Shown here: positions 28,946 to 38,239 of the stretch, piece by piece
How positions within the stretch are numbered: position 1 is the first letter of the stretch
How the letters are laid out: the number at the start of each line of letters is the position of its first letter
IMG/VR virus record: IMGVR_UViG_3300046171_000225
Coordinates: 32,001-96,000 of that record
DNA length: 64,000 bases
Origin: a virus
Strand: one strand, 5' to 3'
Made by a program: the position numbers and the translations under genes
Notes under the pieces: generated by a model
What the model saw: the letters and a program-made list of their open reading frames with translations, nothing else
Database searches by the model: none
Told to the model about the DNA's origin: nothing

Positions 28946-29908
28946 ATGAAAAGGGCAATGATAATAGACTGCATGAATATATATCTGCGGTCATATATAG
29001 TAGACCCAAGTCTCTCTACAAATGGCCACCCAATTGGTGGCTTTAAAGGTTTTCTGAAAACACTCCAGAAACTTTGTAGAGAGATAAAGCCTGATAAGGT
29101 TATAATTGCTTGGGACTGTGGCGGAGGGTCAAGAAAGCGAAAGACTCTTAACAAGAACTATAAAGCTGGTAGGTCCCCTGTTCGACTCAACAGAGAAGTA
29201 AGGAACATGACTCTGAGGGAAGAACAAGACAACAAGATATGGCAACAGATCAGGCTTTCTGAGTATCTAAATCAACTTGCTGTAATTCAGTATTGTATCG
29301 AAGACGTAGAAGCTGACGATATTATTTCATATCTGGTGCAAAACAAAAGACTGGCAGACTGGCAAAAGATTATCATCTCTAGTGACAAAGACTTTTACCA
29401 ATTGTGCGACGATAAGACGGTCATTTATAGGCCAACTCAAAAAGAAGTCTTAAACAAGTACTCGATTATTGAACAACACGGCATTCATCCTGTAAACTTT
29501 GCTCTTGCCAGAGCCATTGCCGGTGACCCTTCAGACAACTTAAAGGGTGTTAAAGGCGCTGGGCTGAAAACGATATCTAAAAGATTTCCTTTCATGATAG
29601 AAAACGAAGACTACTTAATAGAAGATATCGTAAAGGCATGCAAAGAAGAAGAGAAGAAGTTAGTAGTACATAATAGAATTCTGGAAAACGTCAGTTTGAT
29701 ACAGAACAACTATAGGTTGATGCAACTCTATAGTCCATCGTTATCTCCTACTGTTAAATCAAAGATCAACTACATACTAGAAAATGCAGACATAGAATTT
29801 AATTTAACTGAGCTTAGGAAAATGATGCTAGAAGATGGGTTTGGCGAGTGGGATAACACGGACCTCACAATCGCCATGAGAAAGATAGTTGCCAACGAAA
29901 AACAGTAG
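28946..29908 (+). CDS. 5'-3' exonuclease / RNase H (T4 rnh, FEN family)
   Basis: IIDCMN, YKAGR, EADD, SSDKDFYQL and GDPSDNLKGV motifs. Confidence 0.9.
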   Translation: MKRAMIIDCMNIYLRSYIVDPSLSTNGHPIGGFKGFLKTLQKLCREIKPDKVIIAWDCGGGSRKRKTLNKNYKAGRSPVRLNREVRNMTLREEQDNKIWQQIRLSEYLNQLAVIQYCIEDVEADDIISYLVQNKRLADWQKIIISSDKDFYQLCDDKTVIYRPTQKEVLNKYSIIEQHGIHPVNFALARAIAGDPSDNLKGVKGAGLKTISKRFPFMIENEDYLIEDIVKACKEEEKKLVVHNRILENVSLIQNNYRLMQLYSPSLSPTVKSKINYILENADIEFNLTELRKMMLEDGFGEWDNTDLTIAMRKIVANEKQ

Positions 29909-29931
29909 GTTAATAGTAGAGAGGGGGAATC

Positions 29932-31293
29932 ATGGAAAAAACAAACTTTAGTCATTTTGGTAAGAACTTCCAAGAGGTACTTTGTTACCTCATTCTTGAA
30001 GACAGGCCGTTCGCAGATCAGATATTTGAAGTATTTGACATTACCTTTCTAGAGCTATCATATCTTCGTCTCTTCGTGAGCAAGATCATGGACTACAGAG
30101 AGAAGTACAGCGTTCATCCAACCACCAAGATCATGATGACTATTCTCAAGTCTGACTTGGAGAAAGAAAATGACATGCTTCAGAAACAAGTCAGAGATTA
30201 CTTTGCAAGAATTCAGATCATGGACTCTGTGCGAGAGACAGACTTTGTAAAAGATAAGTCTCTTGATTTCTGCCGGAAGCAGAAGCTTAAGGGTGCGATG
30301 CTAAAGTCAGTAGACCTACTTCAATCATCTTCCTTTGATGAGATTTCTAAGATCATTAATGACGCTCTTATTTTGGGAAGTGATTCTAATTTTGGCTACG
30401 ATTACTTAAAAGACTTTGAGAAGAGGTTTGAGCTGAAGGCCCGCAGTCCTGTATCTACAGGATGGTCTGAGATGGACGCTATCTGTCAAAGTGGTCTTGG
30501 TGTTGGTGAGCTAGGTGTCGTGATTGCTCCGACCGGTGCTGGAAAGTCTATGCACCTTACTCACTTGGGCTCTCAAGCTTTGATTAACGGCGTTAACGTT
30601 GTTCACTATACGCTTGAGCTTAGTGACACCACGATTGCATCAAGATACGATTCTTGCATCACAGGGGTGCCACTGAACGACTTGAGATCGTTCAAAGAAC
30701 TGATTTATGAAAGAGTAGAGAAGGTAAAGGGCACACTTATTGTAAAAGAGTACCCAACCAAGTCCGCTTCAACCAGAACCATTAGAAACCATTTGGAAAA
30801 GCTTTCTAACCGTGGTATAGATCCCGGCCTTATCATCGTAGACTACGGGGACCTCTTGAGGCCTGTTGTAAACAGAAAAGAGAAAAGAACTGAGTTAGAG
30901 TCAATCTACGAAGAACTTCGCGGTATCGCTCAGGATTACAACTGCCCAGTTTGGACTGCATCTCAGACAAACCGTTCTGGTTTGAATGCAGAGGTCATTA
31001 CCATGGAATCAATTTCAGAAGCATTTAGTAAGTGTTTCGTCGCAGATTTTATTTACACGGTATCTAGAACTGCTGACGACAAGACTTCTAATTCTGGTAG
31101 AGTTTATGTCGCTAAAAATAGAAATGGGCCTGACGGTCTCGTCTATCCCATCTTTATGGATACTAGCAATGTAAAAATTAGAGTTCTTCCGCCAAGCGAT
31201 GAAGAGGCAGAAGAAGTTAGTGTTAAGAGTCAGGCAGATGTCCTGAAAGAGAAATACAAGAAATTTAGACAGCAGCAAAGGGAGAATGCATAA
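29932..31293 (+). CDS. Replicative DnaB-like helicase (gp41-like)
   Basis: APTGAGKS, TLEL, IVDYGD, TASQTNR and KNRNG motifs. Confidence 0.92.
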   Translation: MEKTNFSHFGKNFQEVLCYLILEDRPFADQIFEVFDITFLELSYLRLFVSKIMDYREKYSVHPTTKIMMTILKSDLEKENDMLQKQVRDYFARIQIMDSVRETDFVKDKSLDFCRKQKLKGAMLKSVDLLQSSSFDEISKIINDALILGSDSNFGYDYLKDFEKRFELKARSPVSTGWSEMDAICQSGLGVGELGVVIAPTGAGKSMHLTHLGSQALINGVNVVHYTLELSDTTIASRYDSCITGVPLNDLRSFKELIYERVEKVKGTLIVKEYPTKSASTRTIRNHLEKLSNRGIDPGLIIVDYGDLLRPVVNRKEKRTELESIYEELRGIAQDYNCPVWTASQTNRSGLNAEVITMESISEAFSKCFVADFIYTVSRTADDKTSNSGRVYVAKNRNGPDGLVYPIFMDTSNVKIRVLPPSDEEAEEVSVKSQADVLKEKYKKFRQQQRENA

Positions 31294-33151
31294 AATGGAA
31301 ATTTCATCACAGATACTATCAGATATCACTGTTCACATGAAGTACGCAAAGTACCGAGAAGACCTTCTTCGTCGCGAGACGTTTAAAGAAATCGTAGACA
31401 GAAACAAGGCGATGCACATCAAGAAGTTCCCTGTTTGGGAAGACCAGATTGAGCACGCATACAGTTTTGTTTATGACAAGATGGTTCTACCCTCTATGCG
31501 TTCAATGCAGTTTGGTGGAAAGCCAATTGAAGTGGCTCCTAACCGAGTTTTCAACTGTGCTTACATGCCGATTGATGACCCTCGCGCCTTCTCTGAGGCT
31601 ATGTTTTTGCTGCTTGGCGGTACTGGAGTCGGGTTCTCGGTGCAGTCGCATCACGTCGATAAGCTTCCAGAGATTAGTCGTCCAAATCCTAAGCGAACTC
31701 GTCGTTACCTCATTGGGGATTCTATCGAAGGTTGGGCAGATGCTGTAAAGGTACTTATTCTTTCTTACTTTAACGGTACTTCAAAGCTGCGTTTCGATTT
31801 CTCGGACATCAGGCCCAAAGGTGCGCGACTTGTAACATCAGGTGGAAAGGCACCCGGCCCACAGCCTCTTAAGGAATGCTTAGTCAAGGTTGAGGGTATC
31901 CTCGACCGAAAAGAGAATGGCGAGAAGCTAACTCCTATTGAAGTCCATGATATTGTCTGTCACATTGCCGATGCAGTTCTAGCAGGCGGTATCCGCCGTG
32001 CTGCTCTTATCTCTTTGTTCTCTGCTGACGACGATGAGATGATTGCTGCCAAATCTGGCAACTGGTGGGAGACCAACCCACAGCGTGGTCGTGCAAACAA
32101 CTCTGTTGTCCTCATGCGTCACAAGGTCACAAAGGAATTCTTTATGGATCTTTGGGATCGTGTTAAGGCATCTGGCGCTGGCGAGCCAGGTTTCTACTTC
32201 ACATACGACAAGGATTGGGGAACCAACCCATGCTGCGAGATTGCTCTCCGACCTTACCAATTTTGTAATTTGACAGAGGTGAATGTTTCTAATGTCAAGG
32301 ATCAGGCGGATTTAGAGGAGCGTGTACGAGCAGCAGCGTTCATTGGAACACTTCAGGCAAGCTACACTGACTTCCATTACCTACGTCCTGTTTGGCAGCG
32401 AAATACTGAGAAGGATGCTCTTATTGGAGTCTCCATGACTGGTATCGCTTCCGGAGCTGTTCTTGGGCTTGATATGAAGGCCGCTGCTGAAGTTGTCAAT
32501 CAGGAGAACGCAAGGGTAGCAGCCATGTTAGGGATTAGACCAGCTGCTCGCACAACTTGCGTCAAACCAGCAGGCACAACTTCTCTAACGCTTGGAACGT
32601 CCTCAGGCATTCACGCTTGGCACAACGACTACTATATTCGTCGTGTACGAGTTGGAAAGAACGAGGCCATCTATGGCTACCTCTCGGAGTACCACCCGGA
32701 ATTAATCGAGGATGAGTTCTTCCGTCCACATGACACTGCTGTCATCTCTGCACCGCAGAAGGCTCCAGAAGGTGCCATCACACGCTCTGAGACGGCTCTA
32801 GAGATGCTTGAGCGAGTCAAGAGGGTTAGCGTGGAGTGGATTCGGACAGGGCACCGTAAGGGCCAAAATACTCACAATGTGAGTGCCACTGTTACCATCC
32901 GAGAAGAAGAGTGGGCTCTAGTAGGCGAATGGATGTGGGAAAACCGTGACCATTACAACGGACTTTCTGTGTTGCCTCATTCTGAACACAGCTATAAGCA
33001 AGCTCCATTTGAGGATTGTGACGAAGAAACCTATAATATGCTGATGAAGAGTCTAGCTGGGGTTGATCTGAGAAACATTATTGAGACTCAGGACGATACC
33101 GACCTCTCTGGTGAATTGGCGTGCGCAGGCGGAGCTTGCGAGCTTACTTAA
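31286..33151 (+). CDS. nrdJ: Class II (B12-dependent) ribonucleotide reductase
   Basis: PSMR, FNCAY, GTNPCCEI, FCNL, VKPAGT and C-terminal CAGGAC motifs; no small subunit adjacent. Confidence 0.88.
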   Translation: MHKMEISSQILSDITVHMKYAKYREDLLRRETFKEIVDRNKAMHIKKFPVWEDQIEHAYSFVYDKMVLPSMRSMQFGGKPIEVAPNRVFNCAYMPIDDPRAFSEAMFLLLGGTGVGFSVQSHHVDKLPEISRPNPKRTRRYLIGDSIEGWADAVKVLILSYFNGTSKLRFDFSDIRPKGARLVTSGGKAPGPQPLKECLVKVEGILDRKENGEKLTPIEVHDIVCHIADAVLAGGIRRAALISLFSADDDEMIAAKSGNWWETNPQRGRANNSVVLMRHKVTKEFFMDLWDRVKASGAGEPGFYFTYDKDWGTNPCCEIALRPYQFCNLTEVNVSNVKDQADLEERVRAAAFIGTLQASYTDFHYLRPVWQRNTEKDALIGVSMTGIASGAVLGLDMKAAAEVVNQENARVAAMLGIRPAARTTCVKPAGTTSLTLGTSSGIHAWHNDYYIRRVRVGKNEAIYGYLSEYHPELIEDEFFRPHDTAVISAPQKAPEGAITRSETALEMLERVKRVSVEWIRTGHRKGQNTHNVSATVTIREEEWALVGEWMWENRDHYNGLSVLPHSEHSYKQAPFEDCDEETYNMLMKSLAGVDLRNIIETQDDTDLSGELACAGGACELT

Positions 33152-33157
33152 ACTAGC

Positions 33158-33207
33158 TTGACATCTCCTCACTTCTAGATTATATTTTTTCTGGAGGTGA
33201 GGAGATG
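33158..33207 (+). promoter_or_regulatory. Sigma70-type promoter inside an 18-bp hairpin that covers the next RBS and ATG
   Basis: TTGACA-17 nt-TATATT; arms 33162-33179 and 33190-33207. Confidence 0.7.
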
Positions 33208-33420
33208 AATTTTAATCATTTATTGCCAAAACACGAGCTTTTAACCAAATGTGTAGGTGAAAAGCAGCACTCTTATATGCCCACTAGTCACATTGAGGCG
33301 ACTATTGGGCATGTCGCAATCCGGTTCAGATGTAAAAACTGTAATAAGTTGACAACAGTGTTCCTGAGCGATAGGGAATACAGAACACATGAAAAAGTTT
33401 TAGATAGGTTTGGAGTTTAA
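33205..33420 (+). CDS. Small Cys/His protein, possible Zn ribbon
   Basis: C..H near the N-terminus and CKNC. Confidence 0.55.
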   Translation: MNFNHLLPKHELLTKCVGEKQHSYMPTSHIEATIGHVAIRFRCKNCNKLTTVFLSDREYRTHEKVLDRFGV

Positions 33421-33421
33421 G

Positions 33422-33679
33422 ATGAATGTTGTACCTGTAAATGGATTTGTCCATGTATCTATGGAAGTAAAAGAAGAAAGTGATTCTTTCGTTCTTCTGC
33501 CTGATGATTATAAGGCTGCTGAGAACCCTTATAAGGTTGTGACCGTATTGACAGATACAGAAAAGTTTACCAAAGGTAGTAAACTTGTTGTTCCAACCCA
33601 TGTTATTAGGCAGATTGTGACAGATGAGGGTGATTTCTACTTGATTGAGTCCAGCCACGTAATGGCAGAGCTAAGATAA
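33422..33679 (+). CDS. GroES-like co-chaperonin (divergent)
   Basis: VVPVNGFVHV, mobile-loop-like FVLLP, KGSKLVV and FYLIESSHVMA; 85 aa. Confidence 0.6.
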   Translation: MNVVPVNGFVHVSMEVKEESDSFVLLPDDYKAAENPYKVVTVLTDTEKFTKGSKLVVPTHVIRQIVTDEGDFYLIESSHVMAELR

Positions 33680-33699
33680 ACATAGCTATTGGGGGGATA

Positions 33700-34179
33700 G
33701 TGAACGCGCCTAAGATTTCTTTTGACTACGATAACACACTTATTAGATATGAGTACTTATACAATGAAGCTGGGTACGCTGTAGACGCAGTTTACACTGA
33801 GCCTCATCATGAAAATATTAAAATCATGAGGGACTTGTATGATCAGGGCTGTGAAATTTATATCACTACAGCCAGGATAAGAGGTGTCAGACTACCCGAA
33901 CATGATAACTCTCCTGCACCAGAAGAGTTAGTGTTTCAATTGAAACTACCAGTAAGAAAAGTGTTCTATACTTCAAATAGAAGTAAAGTTGGCACATTAG
34001 AGAAAAATAAAATACATATTCACTTTGACGATTGTGTTCATCAATGCAAAGAACTAGCTAAAAAGTGGACGGAAGAAGGAATAGGTGCTATACCTGTTTT
34101 AGTTGATGCCCCTGAGGGTATCAATGAATTTTTAAAAGAGAAGTTTAAGAAGCTTCTAGATGACTACGCATCTGCATAA
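33700..34179 (+). CDS. HAD-superfamily hydrolase
   Basis: FDYDNTL, ITTAR, K and HFDD motifs. Confidence 0.7.
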   Translation: MNAPKISFDYDNTLIRYEYLYNEAGYAVDAVYTEPHHENIKIMRDLYDQGCEIYITTARIRGVRLPEHDNSPAPEELVFQLKLPVRKVFYTSNRSKVGTLEKNKIHIHFDDCVHQCKELAKKWTEEGIGAIPVLVDAPEGINEFLKEKFKKLLDDYASA

Positions 34180-34189
34180 GGAGGTAAAT

Positions 34190-34582
34190 ATGTCAGATAT
34201 GGTTGGAGTTGGGAGACTAATCCGCTCAGAGGATGGCGGTTTTGATATTATGTTGACCCGAGATTTCTATGAGGCTTTTGTAGGCTCGGAAGACCACCAA
34301 GAGGACGGAGCAATCACGGCATCTATGTTGGCTCCTTTTCTTTCTGCGGCGCTTGAGGAGATTGGTTTGGGCGGTGATCAAGCACTTCTAGATCTGTTTG
34401 TTGGAATTTGTCTCGAAGACGAGCAGCTACATGCAGAGATGGCCCCTAGCCGGTTTGAAGAGATCCTTACATATTCTCTTCAGTCTGTTAGAGGCGACCC
34501 GACGCTTACTGTTCCGGAAGGCTCAGGAGGATCAATTGTTGATTGTTTAGCTTATCAAGGATTCTTTAAATTGATTGGCTAA
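34190..34582 (+). CDS. Hypothetical protein
   Basis: ATG after AGGAGGT; acidic. Confidence 0.55.
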   Translation: MSDMVGVGRLIRSEDGGFDIMLTRDFYEAFVGSEDHQEDGAITASMLAPFLSAALEEIGLGGDQALLDLFVGICLEDEQLHAEMAPSRFEEILTYSLQSVRGDPTLTVPEGSGGSIVDCLAYQGFFKLIG

Positions 34583-34588
34583 CGAACG

Positions 34589-34613
34589 AAGCCCCGGTTC
34601 TGCCGGGGCTTTT
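34589..34613 (+). terminator. Intrinsic terminator
   Basis: AAGCCCCGG/CCGGGGCTT stem followed by a T run. Confidence 0.8.
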
Positions 34614-34629
34614 AACTTTTGAGGATATA

Positions 34630-34875
34630 ATGACACACAAACATGTAGATATTTATGACATGCCAAAAGAGGCTGTTGACCATCCTGACCATTATGGCGG
34701 GAGAGAAAATACATATGAAGCTATCAAAATTATTGAAGCATATGACCTAAATTTTTCTCTTGGAAATGTAATTAAGTATGTCTTGCGAGCAGGTAAGAAG
34801 AGCTTTAATACCACTGAAGATCTGAAAAAAGCAAAGTGGTATATTGAGAGACATATAAACAACTTGGAGAAATAA
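34630..34875 (+). CDS. DUF3310-family protein
   Basis: VDHPDHY, GNVIKYVLRAGKK and EDLKKAKWY. Confidence 0.85.
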   Translation: MTHKHVDIYDMPKEAVDHPDHYGGRENTYEAIKIIEAYDLNFSLGNVIKYVLRAGKKSFNTTEDLKKAKWYIERHINNLEK

Positions 34876-34876
34876 A

Positions 34877-35539
34877 ATGAAATTTGACAGAGTTATATTG
34901 GATTATGGCCATGGTGGTATGATCGATGGCAAATACCAGACTGCAGGTAAGCAGTATCACTTCACTGAGCCAGAAGAATTTTCTTTCTACGAGGGTGTTT
35001 TTAATAGAGGAGTAGCAAGCAAGCTTATGACTATGCTCCTGAAGCAGGGTATCGAAGTCTATGATCCAGTTGAAGGCTGCTATATTACCGAGGACCGTAC
35101 TTGGGAAGAGCTAGAACAATCCGATGTTCCTCTGTCTACTAGAGTGTCACGAGCAAATAAAGAAAATAAGAGAGGCAAAACTTTGTTCCTCTCTGTTCAT
35201 GCAAATGCTATTGGTCGTTCTAACACCGGACCTTCTCAGAAAGCTCGTGGAGCATCAGTTTTTGTCTACCGCAACAGTGGTGACGTTGGTACAATTGCTT
35301 CTAACCTTATGACTCAGTATAAGGCTACTGAGTTGCGCCCACGCAAGATTGTGGAGAACCAATCTTTTTATGTTCTTCGAAAAACTTCTATGCCTTCATT
35401 GTTGACAGAGAACGGCTTTTACGTTAATATCGATGACGCCAAGTACCTCGCTACTGAAGAAGGGCAGTGGGAGGTTGCAAGGGCTCACTTTAATAGTATT
35501 TATGAATTCCTCGATATTGGGGAGCCGAACCTAGCATAA
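34877..35539 (+). CDS. N-acetylmuramoyl-L-alanine amidase (Amidase_3), candidate endolysin
   Basis: LDYGHGG, E, SVHANA, YVLR and LTENGF motifs. Confidence 0.88.
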   Translation: MKFDRVILDYGHGGMIDGKYQTAGKQYHFTEPEEFSFYEGVFNRGVASKLMTMLLKQGIEVYDPVEGCYITEDRTWEELEQSDVPLSTRVSRANKENKRGKTLFLSVHANAIGRSNTGPSQKARGASVFVYRNSGDVGTIASNLMTQYKATELRPRKIVENQSFYVLRKTSMPSLLTENGFYVNIDDAKYLATEEGQWEVARAHFNSIYEFLDIGEPNLA

Positions 35540-35553
35540 CAGAAGAGGATAAG

Positions 35554-36276
35554 ATGAACAGGAGCATTGAGCTTTATGGAGATGGAATTGGTAGAGTTGA
35601 TCTGGTGGAGTGGATGGGCAACGATCTTACTATCGTTAACAGTGCTCGCGTCAGTTTTGGAAAGCATAAGGAAGAACTAGATGCAAAAGATAAAAGACTT
35701 ATCAACTATCTGGTCAAGCATAGGCACACTTCTACGTTTGAGCATAATGTTGCTACCTTTCGGTTTGTTGTCCCCCTCTACGTTCGTTCTCAGCATCATC
35801 GTCATCGTACTTGGTCTTATAACGAAATCTCTCGTCGCTATACTGACGTAAACATCAAGTTCTACGAGCCACAAGGGTTCAGAACGCAGCACGAGTCTAA
35901 CCGACAAGCCAGCAACGCTGACGAGTTGATCGACCCAGAAATCATTAGTGGACAAGACCCCTACAACCATGGTGCTCCTTACTTTCACCCTGTCAGTAAA
36001 GTTATCAGAATGCATCACGCAGATTCTCTTGGGCTCTTCAACAGACTTATCGAAGCAGGCGTTTGCCGAGAGCAAGCCCGTGGTGTCCTGCCGCAGAACC
36101 TTTATACAGAGTATTACGGAACTGTAAACCTTTCTAACCTTATGAAGTTCATTGACCTTCGCACACACGAAGGGGCACAATGGGAGATAGTAAAAGTTGC
36201 TGAAGCCTGCCTAGAAATCGCTGAGGGGCTGTGGCCTGTTGCGGTTGGTGCTTATCGGAGAGCGAAGAATGATTGA
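35554..36276 (+). CDS. thyX: Flavin-dependent thymidylate synthase
   Basis: HTSTFEH, RHRTWSYNEISRRY, EQARGVLP and AQWEI motifs. Confidence 0.93.
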   Translation: MNRSIELYGDGIGRVDLVEWMGNDLTIVNSARVSFGKHKEELDAKDKRLINYLVKHRHTSTFEHNVATFRFVVPLYVRSQHHRHRTWSYNEISRRYTDVNIKFYEPQGFRTQHESNRQASNADELIDPEIISGQDPYNHGAPYFHPVSKVIRMHHADSLGLFNRLIEAGVCREQARGVLPQNLYTEYYGTVNLSNLMKFIDLRTHEGAQWEIVKVAEACLEIAEGLWPVAVGAYRRAKND

Positions 36277-36370
36277 GGTAGTTGTTACATCCTTTAGTTT
36301 TGGGTTTTTTGCTGGCTGGTATTTTTTTCGGGACGCCAAGTGCTGCCTGCATAGGGAGAGCGAAGAATGA
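36269..36370 (+). CDS. 33-aa hydrophobic cassette peptide (MIEVVVTSFSFGFFAGWYFFRDAKCCLHRESEE)
   Basis: Starts in repeat 1 and stops in repeat 2; missed by the ORF track. Confidence 0.6.
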   Translation: MIEVVVTSFSFGFFAGWYFFRDAKCCLHRESEE

Positions 36371-36591
36371 TTGAGTGGAAAGAAACTAATGGTGACTTTA
36401 CTGCTGTGTGCTCTTATGATACACTCACAGAATCTTACACTGTTGAAGTCACACATACAGACGGCAGGCAAGATAGTGTAACTTGGGTTCGGATGGGCTA
36501 TGAGCCCAGATTTGGAATGGATGATCAGGACGCTCAAAGATCAATCCGTGAATCTGAAAGGATTTGTGTTAGAATGGAGAGCGAAGAATGA
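36367..36591 (+). CDS. Cassette hypothetical protein
   Basis: Bounded by repeats; ends ESEE. Confidence 0.7.
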   Translation: MIEWKETNGDFTAVCSYDTLTESYTVEVTHTDGRQDSVTWVRMGYEPRFGMDDQDAQRSIRESERICVRMESEE

Positions 36592-36785
36592 AATTGCTTC
36601 GTAAGATTTTAATTCGTTCGGGAATCTGGGGCTACTTCTACCCGCCATATGATTTCGTTGGCGTCAAGGTTCATAGAGACTGGCCTTGGAAGAAAAAGCC
36701 TCTAACAGCCGATGAGATCGTGTCAGTACAGCCTATGACAGCGCCGTCAGCATTTGTCTTTTATTACGAGGAGAGCGAAGAATGA
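36588..36785 (+). CDS. Cassette protein carrying a capsid-like VSVQPM motif
   Basis: ADEIVSVQPMTAPSAFVFY versus capsid ANDLVSVQPMSLPSGLIFF; ends ESEE. Confidence 0.7.
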   Translation: MKLLRKILIRSGIWGYFYPPYDFVGVKVHRDWPWKKKPLTADEIVSVQPMTAPSAFVFYYEESEE

Positions 36786-37147
36786 AAATTGAAGGACCGA
36801 TTTGGATCGAATCCAGACCAAATGAAGGCTCCCTTGTTGGAACTACACTTTACAATCAGTTTATTTCTTTTAATAACAAAGAGATGGACTATGAATGCCC
36901 GCATCACATGGCAGAAGTTATGAATGCCTTGCTAACACCCCAAGATGTAGATATGATAGGAGACAGAGATCCAAGTTCTCTTTTCGCCACCATCGGCTAT
37001 ATTCCGTGGAGTTCGATGCCTGATTATCTACAAGAACCCTTAGCAAATTTAAATGTGTCTGGACAAGACACAATTGTTGCTAGGCGACATTGGGTTCTTA
37101 AAGGTGACGAACTTTTCCCTGTTGTTGTGGGGGAGAACGAAGAATGA
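36782..37147 (+). CDS. Cassette hypothetical protein
   Basis: Bounded by repeats; ends ENEE. Confidence 0.7.
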   Translation: MKIEGPIWIESRPNEGSLVGTTLYNQFISFNNKEMDYECPHHMAEVMNALLTPQDVDMIGDRDPSSLFATIGYIPWSSMPDYLQEPLANLNVSGQDTIVARRHWVLKGDELFPVVVGENEE

Positions 37148-37419
37148 AGATGACAACACAGATCGCAGAAAAGATTATTCAAGATGTGCGGACAGACGTT
37201 GAGACAATTTCTGATTTCTGTCACTACAACAAGATGGATGAAGAGATTACATTCATGGAGAACGCCACAGTGATTTTCAAAAAGCACGTCGATCTTACCG
37301 AAGAAGAAGAGATGGCAATCCGAGTGGCTATATCCATCGGCTATACTAAACTTTCGGATGACATTTCCATTTTGCAAGAACAGCTTAATGATCTAGAAGC
37401 CCAGATGCCTTGCTATTAA
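37144..37419 (+). CDS. Cassette hypothetical protein
   Basis: Starts in repeat 5 and stops 3 nt before repeat 6. Confidence 0.7.
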   Translation: MKMTTQIAEKIIQDVRTDVETISDFCHYNKMDEEITFMENATVIFKKHVDLTEEEEMAIRVAISIGYTKLSDDISILQEQLNDLEAQMPCY

Positions 37420-37434
37420 AAAGGAGAGCGAAGA

Positions 37435-37848
37435 ATGAGTAAATTTAAAGTTCACGATCTAGTCTATCTTAACCTTCCTGCGGCTGATCAAGGAGATCAC
37501 GTTGATGGTTTTATTGCTGATGTTATAGAACCGGGAAAATATTTGGTCTGGTGGTTTGGAAAATGTAAATACTGGGTGGAAACTGATCAATTTCTTGAAC
37601 CAAAAGAGCCTAATCGTAAATTCAAAAAGGGCGATTATCTTACACGAGGCGGGCCTCTGACACAACGCCCCGATGGCACATGGCCTGAGCTTGGGCAAGT
37701 TGTGTATGCTTATCCACAGGGATGGTACTTGGTTCGTATTATTACAGTAAACGAGGGCAAATACCTTTGGTGGTATAGGCACGCAAGACCTGACTCGGGA
37801 AGATACTGGACATTACACGAAAAAAAGAAAGAGGAGAGCGAAGAATGA
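37435..37848 (+). CDS. Cassette protein with two KOW/SH3-like units
   Basis: KFKVHDLV... and KFKKGDYL...; ends ESEE. Confidence 0.65.
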   Translation: MSKFKVHDLVYLNLPAADQGDHVDGFIADVIEPGKYLVWWFGKCKYWVETDQFLEPKEPNRKFKKGDYLTRGGPLTQRPDGTWPELGQVVYAYPQGWYLVRIITVNEGKYLWWYRHARPDSGRYWTLHEKKKEESEE

Positions 37849-38015
37849 AAATCGGTGATAAGGTGCAGTATACTGAATATGGTATAGAGGGGGCGAAAGG
37901 CGTGATTGTCAGGAAGGCTTTCTATGTTCGTTATGAACTGCCCACTGGTAGGATCGTAGAAAGTTTTGCTCTCCCAGAGCATTTAAAACCTTTAGATAAG
38001 GAAACTAAAGAATGA
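37845..38015 (+). CDS. 56-aa KOW/SH3-like cassette protein (MKIGDKVQY...ETKE)
   Basis: Starts in repeat 7 and stops in degenerate repeat 8; missed by the ORF track. Confidence 0.65.
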   Translation: MKIGDKVQYTEYGIEGAKGVIVRKAFYVRYELPTGRIVESFALPEHLKPLDKETKE

Positions 38016-38239
38016 AAGTCGGTGATAGGGTTCGTGACTGCCTTTTCCATCTTGATGATGAATTTCATAGAGGGATAGGAACTGTCACTGAAGTCCATCC
38101 GATTGATAGAGCACCTAAAGGGTTCTATTATGTTGTCATAAGATGGGACGATAAGATCCCAGATGGTAACCCATTTGCCGTAACGGAATATACAAGCGAA
38201 GATTATTTTGATGATGTTGAACTTGTGGAGAATGAATAA
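38012..38239 (+). CDS. KOW/SH3-like small protein
   Basis: MKVGDRV...GIGTVTEV...VIRWD. Confidence 0.6.
   Translation: MKVGDRVRDCLFHLDDEFHRGIGTVTEVHPIDRAPKGFYYVVIRWDDKIPDGNPFAVTEYTSEDYFDDVELVENE

Noticed and set aside
36257-38015. 16-bp repeats as a CRISPR array or classical integron attC sites
   Set aside because: The repeat is too short and non-palindromic, intervals are about 80-390 bp and each is a full ORF, and no cas or intI gene is visible.
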